From Octopus sinensis (Eukaryota): 10,554 nt of DNA. How positions within the stretch are numbered: the stretch's first letter is position 1; each line of letters begins with the position of its first letter. The position numbers were made by a program, and so were the translations under genes. A model generated the notes under the pieces. That model had not been told where the DNA came from and did not search any database. It saw only the letters and a program-made list of their open reading frames with translations. The stretch is taken from contig NW_021827329.1 of NCBI RefSeq assembly GCF_006345805.1, positions 1-10,554 of the forward strand, given 5' to 3'. Below are positions 8,521-10,554 of this stretch, one piece after another.

Positions 8521-8806
8521 ATCATTTATTAATTATAAAATATGACAACATCTCTGACAGCTGTTTCGATTCAGAAATCTTTTGATGATTAATTTATAAA
8601 ATGAATCTTTTCATAGGTAGTAAAGATATACCGATTAGAAATACATGTTGAGATAACGGCTATAAAACCGTTTACTGATAGCATATATATACAAAAAGAG
8701 CCGGTTATAGAAGGACTCAATCTTACATAGGGGGAGAAGGTAAATGTAATATCATAGGGTATTGAGAAAGAGAAAAAGAAAAGGAAAAATGGAAACAGAA
8801 AAACGC
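8521..8806 (-). mobile_element. Hammerhead-bearing repeat, copy 1 (Penelope pLTR/retrozyme-like), catalytic core mutated
   Basis: Reverse complement aligns to 9339-9717 (about 9 differences in 98 nt for 8615-8712 vs 9512-9610, manual count); hammerhead reads ATGAAAA-GATTCA-28nt-TGAATC-GAAA-CAGCTG-TC-AGAG (8614-8552). Confidence 0.75.
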
Positions 8807-9171
8807 TGCTAACCAACCACATGGTTCCGGGTTCAGTCCTCCTGCGTGACATCTTGGGCAAGTGTCTTCTGCTATAACCCCGGGCCGACCAATGCCTTGT
8901 AAAGGGGATTTGGTAGACGGAAACTGATAGAAGCCTGTCGTATATATGTATGTGTGTGTGTTTGTGTGTCTGTGTTTGTCCCCCTAGCATTGCTTGACAA
9001 CCGATGCTGGTGTGTTTACGTCCCCGTAACTTAGCGGTTTGGCAAAAGAGACGACCGATAGAATAAGTACTGGCCTTACAAAGAATAAGTCCCGGGGTCG
9101 ATTTGCTCGACTAAAGGCGGTGCTCCAGCATGGCCGCAGTCAAATGACTGAAACAAGTAAAAGAGTAAAAG
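8807..9171 (+). mobile_element. tRNA-derived SINE (family D), near full length, 5'-truncated
   Basis: CAACCACATGGTTCCGGGTTCAGTCC (B box), CTTGGGCAAGTGTCTTCT, internal (TG)n, 3' part CTTGACAACCGATGCTGGTGTGTTTACG...CATGGCCGCA...GAAACAAGTAAAAGAGTAAAAG; matches 8059-8215 and 9787-10016. Confidence 0.88.
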
Positions 9172-9174
9172 TGT

Positions 9175-9312
9175 AATCCAATATAGGGAGGGGGCAGGTA
9201 GTGTATAATTTGTGTCTTAAATAAAAAGAAAAGAAGAGATTAATATATTAGAGGGTACTGAGAAGGAAAAAAGATACAACATATACGCTACCTGCGCCCC
9301 CTATGCTGGATT
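9175..9312. repeat. Two further fragments of the hammerhead-repeat 5' region (9175-9273 minus; 9281-9312 plus)
   Basis: Reverse complement of 9175-9245 (ATTAATCTCTTCTTTTCTTTTTATTTAAGACAC...CTACCTGCCCCCTCCCTATATTGGATT) matches ~9399-9465; 9281-9312 ATATACGCTACCTGCGCCCCCTATGCTGGATT matches the same motif in sense. Confidence 0.65.
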
Positions 9313-9338
9313 GTGGAATTATATATTTATAAATATAT

Positions 9339-9717
9339 GCGTTTTTCTGCTTCCATTTCCCTTTTATTTTTCTCCTTCTCAATACACTATGATATTACAT
9401 TAATCTCTTCTTTTCTTTCTTTAAGACATATAATATATACTACCTTCTCCCACTATGTTAGATTGAGTCCTATATATAATATATATAGTCCTATATATAA
9501 TATATATTAACTTCTATAACCGGCTCATTTTTGTATATATTTGCTGTTAGTTAACGGTTTTATAGCCTTTATCTCAACGTGTGTTTCTGATCGGTATATC
9601 TTTACTACCTCTGAAGAGATTCATCATATAATGATTTTAATTTTATAAATTAATTATCTAAAGTTTTCTGAATCGAAACAGCTGTCAGAGATGTTGTCAT
9701 ACTTTAGAATTAATAAA
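9339..9717 (+). mobile_element. Hammerhead-bearing repeat, copy 2 (Penelope pLTR/retrozyme-like)
   Basis: Inverted homologue of 8521-8806; ends with the hammerhead, AATTAATAAA and an (AAT)n tail. Confidence 0.75.
9604..9693 (+). ncRNA. Type I (minimal, probably dimer-acting) hammerhead ribozyme motif
   Basis: CTGAAGA (9611-9617, CUGANGA core), stem II GATTCA 9618-9623 / TGAATC 9669-9674, GAAA 9675-9678, palindromic stem III ACAGCTGT 9678-9685, GTC cleavage triplet 9684-9686; stem I only 2 clear pairs (CT 9609-9610 / AG 9687-9688). Confidence 0.75.
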
Positions 9718-9718
9718 A

Positions 9719-9783
<65 letters not shown>
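9718..9783. repeat. (AAT)n microsatellite
   Basis: Perfect array directly after the hammerhead repeat. Confidence 0.97.
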
Positions 9784-9784
<1 letters not shown>

Positions 9785-9786
9785 CA

Positions 9787-10016
9787 TGTGTGCGTGCGTC
9801 TTCGTGTCTGCGTTTGTTCCCCTACCACCGCTTGACAACCGGTACTGGTGTGTTTACGATCTCGTAGGTTAGCTGTTCGGTAAAAGAGAGCGATTGAATG
9901 AGTACAGGGCTTTAAAAAAATAAGTCCTGGGGTAGATTCATTCGACTAGGGAATTCTCTAATGCGATGCTCCAGTATGGCCGCATTATAATGCCAGAAAC
10001 AAGTAAAAAATAAAAG
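9787..10016 (+). mobile_element. tRNA-derived SINE (family D), 3' half
   Basis: TG-rich start then CTTGACAACCGGTACTGGTGTGTTTACG...AATAAGTCCTGGGGT...GCTCCAGTATGGCCGCA...GAAACAAGTAAAA; aligns to ~8950-9171. Confidence 0.85.
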
Positions 10017-10065
10017 GTACGCGTGTGCATGTGCGTGGGTTCAGGATAACCAAAAAGCAGTTCGA

Positions 10066-10203
10066 AGTACTTACTCTATCGACTCTGAAAGGATGAAAGG
10101 CAAAGTTGACCTCGGCGGAATTTGAACGCAGAACGTAAAGACGGATGAAATGCCGCTAGGTATTTTACCCGGCATGCTAATAATTCTGCTAAGTCGCCGC
10201 CTT
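10066..10203 (-). mobile_element. tRNA-derived SINE (family C), single unit, 3'-truncated
   Basis: Minus strand AAGGCGGCGACTTAGCAGAATTATTAGCATGCCGGG...CGTTCAAATTCCGCCGAGGTCAACTTTGCCTTTCATCCTTTC aligns with 7331-7465. Confidence 0.87.
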
Positions 10204-10554
10204 ATTTCTCTAAGTATTGCCAACATGGAACTTCTACCGAGCGCATTGCGCCTGGCGATATTCAAGGAACCAGACACCAAAGTTTTTCTTGATCTAGAAT
10301 TTCAGTTCTATCAAAGTGAAGAACTACGAAAAGATATGCCGTATAACGGAGAACAAGTTGGCTCCCCGTCCAGAAAAATCTATTGGTCGCATAGCCCCGG
10401 CACAGCTGCATGATCAGCAGTCATGGCATGCCAAATCTGCCTTCCACGGGGCTTTGGAAAAGGATGGACCGCCTCACCAGTAAAGAGCATCCTTTTCAAA
10501 GGAAGTGAAAAAGTAAACTCTCCAGTCTGACCAAACGATAACAAGGGCAAGGAA

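Noticed and set aside
8608-8712. Several A/G differences between hammerhead-repeat copies (possible editing signature)
   Set aside because: About five sites, one a CpG; consistent with ordinary transitions and no consensus is available to polarise them.

Overview
Eukaryotic non-coding DNA, very probably from an octopus/coleoid cephalopod genome (inferred from the SINE types and microsatellite density). No credible protein-coding gene, tRNA, rRNA or CRISPR array; nearly all listed ORFs are read-throughs of microsatellites or repeats. The window is a mosaic of at least four tRNA-derived SINE families (my labels A-D), microsatellites ((TACA)n, (CAT)n, (ACC)n, (TAG)n, (AG)n, (TA)n, (AAT)n) and decayed retroelement pieces. 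Main discovery: an AT-rich ~290-380 bp repeat present as a divergent inverted pair (8521-8806 minus, 9339-9717 plus) plus fragments. The plus copy carries an intact type I hammerhead ribozyme core (CTGAAGA / 6-bp stem II / GAAA / palindromic ACAGCTGT stem III / GTC cleavage site), the architecture known from Penelope-like element pseudo-LTRs and metazoan retrozymes. Also present: a perfect 123-bp-arm palindrome (4170-4425), a 66/67-identical inverted duplication inside triplet arrays (2789-2855 / 3294-3360), and head-to-tail SINE chains linked by (TATG)n. All alignments were done by eye; family names need database confirmation.
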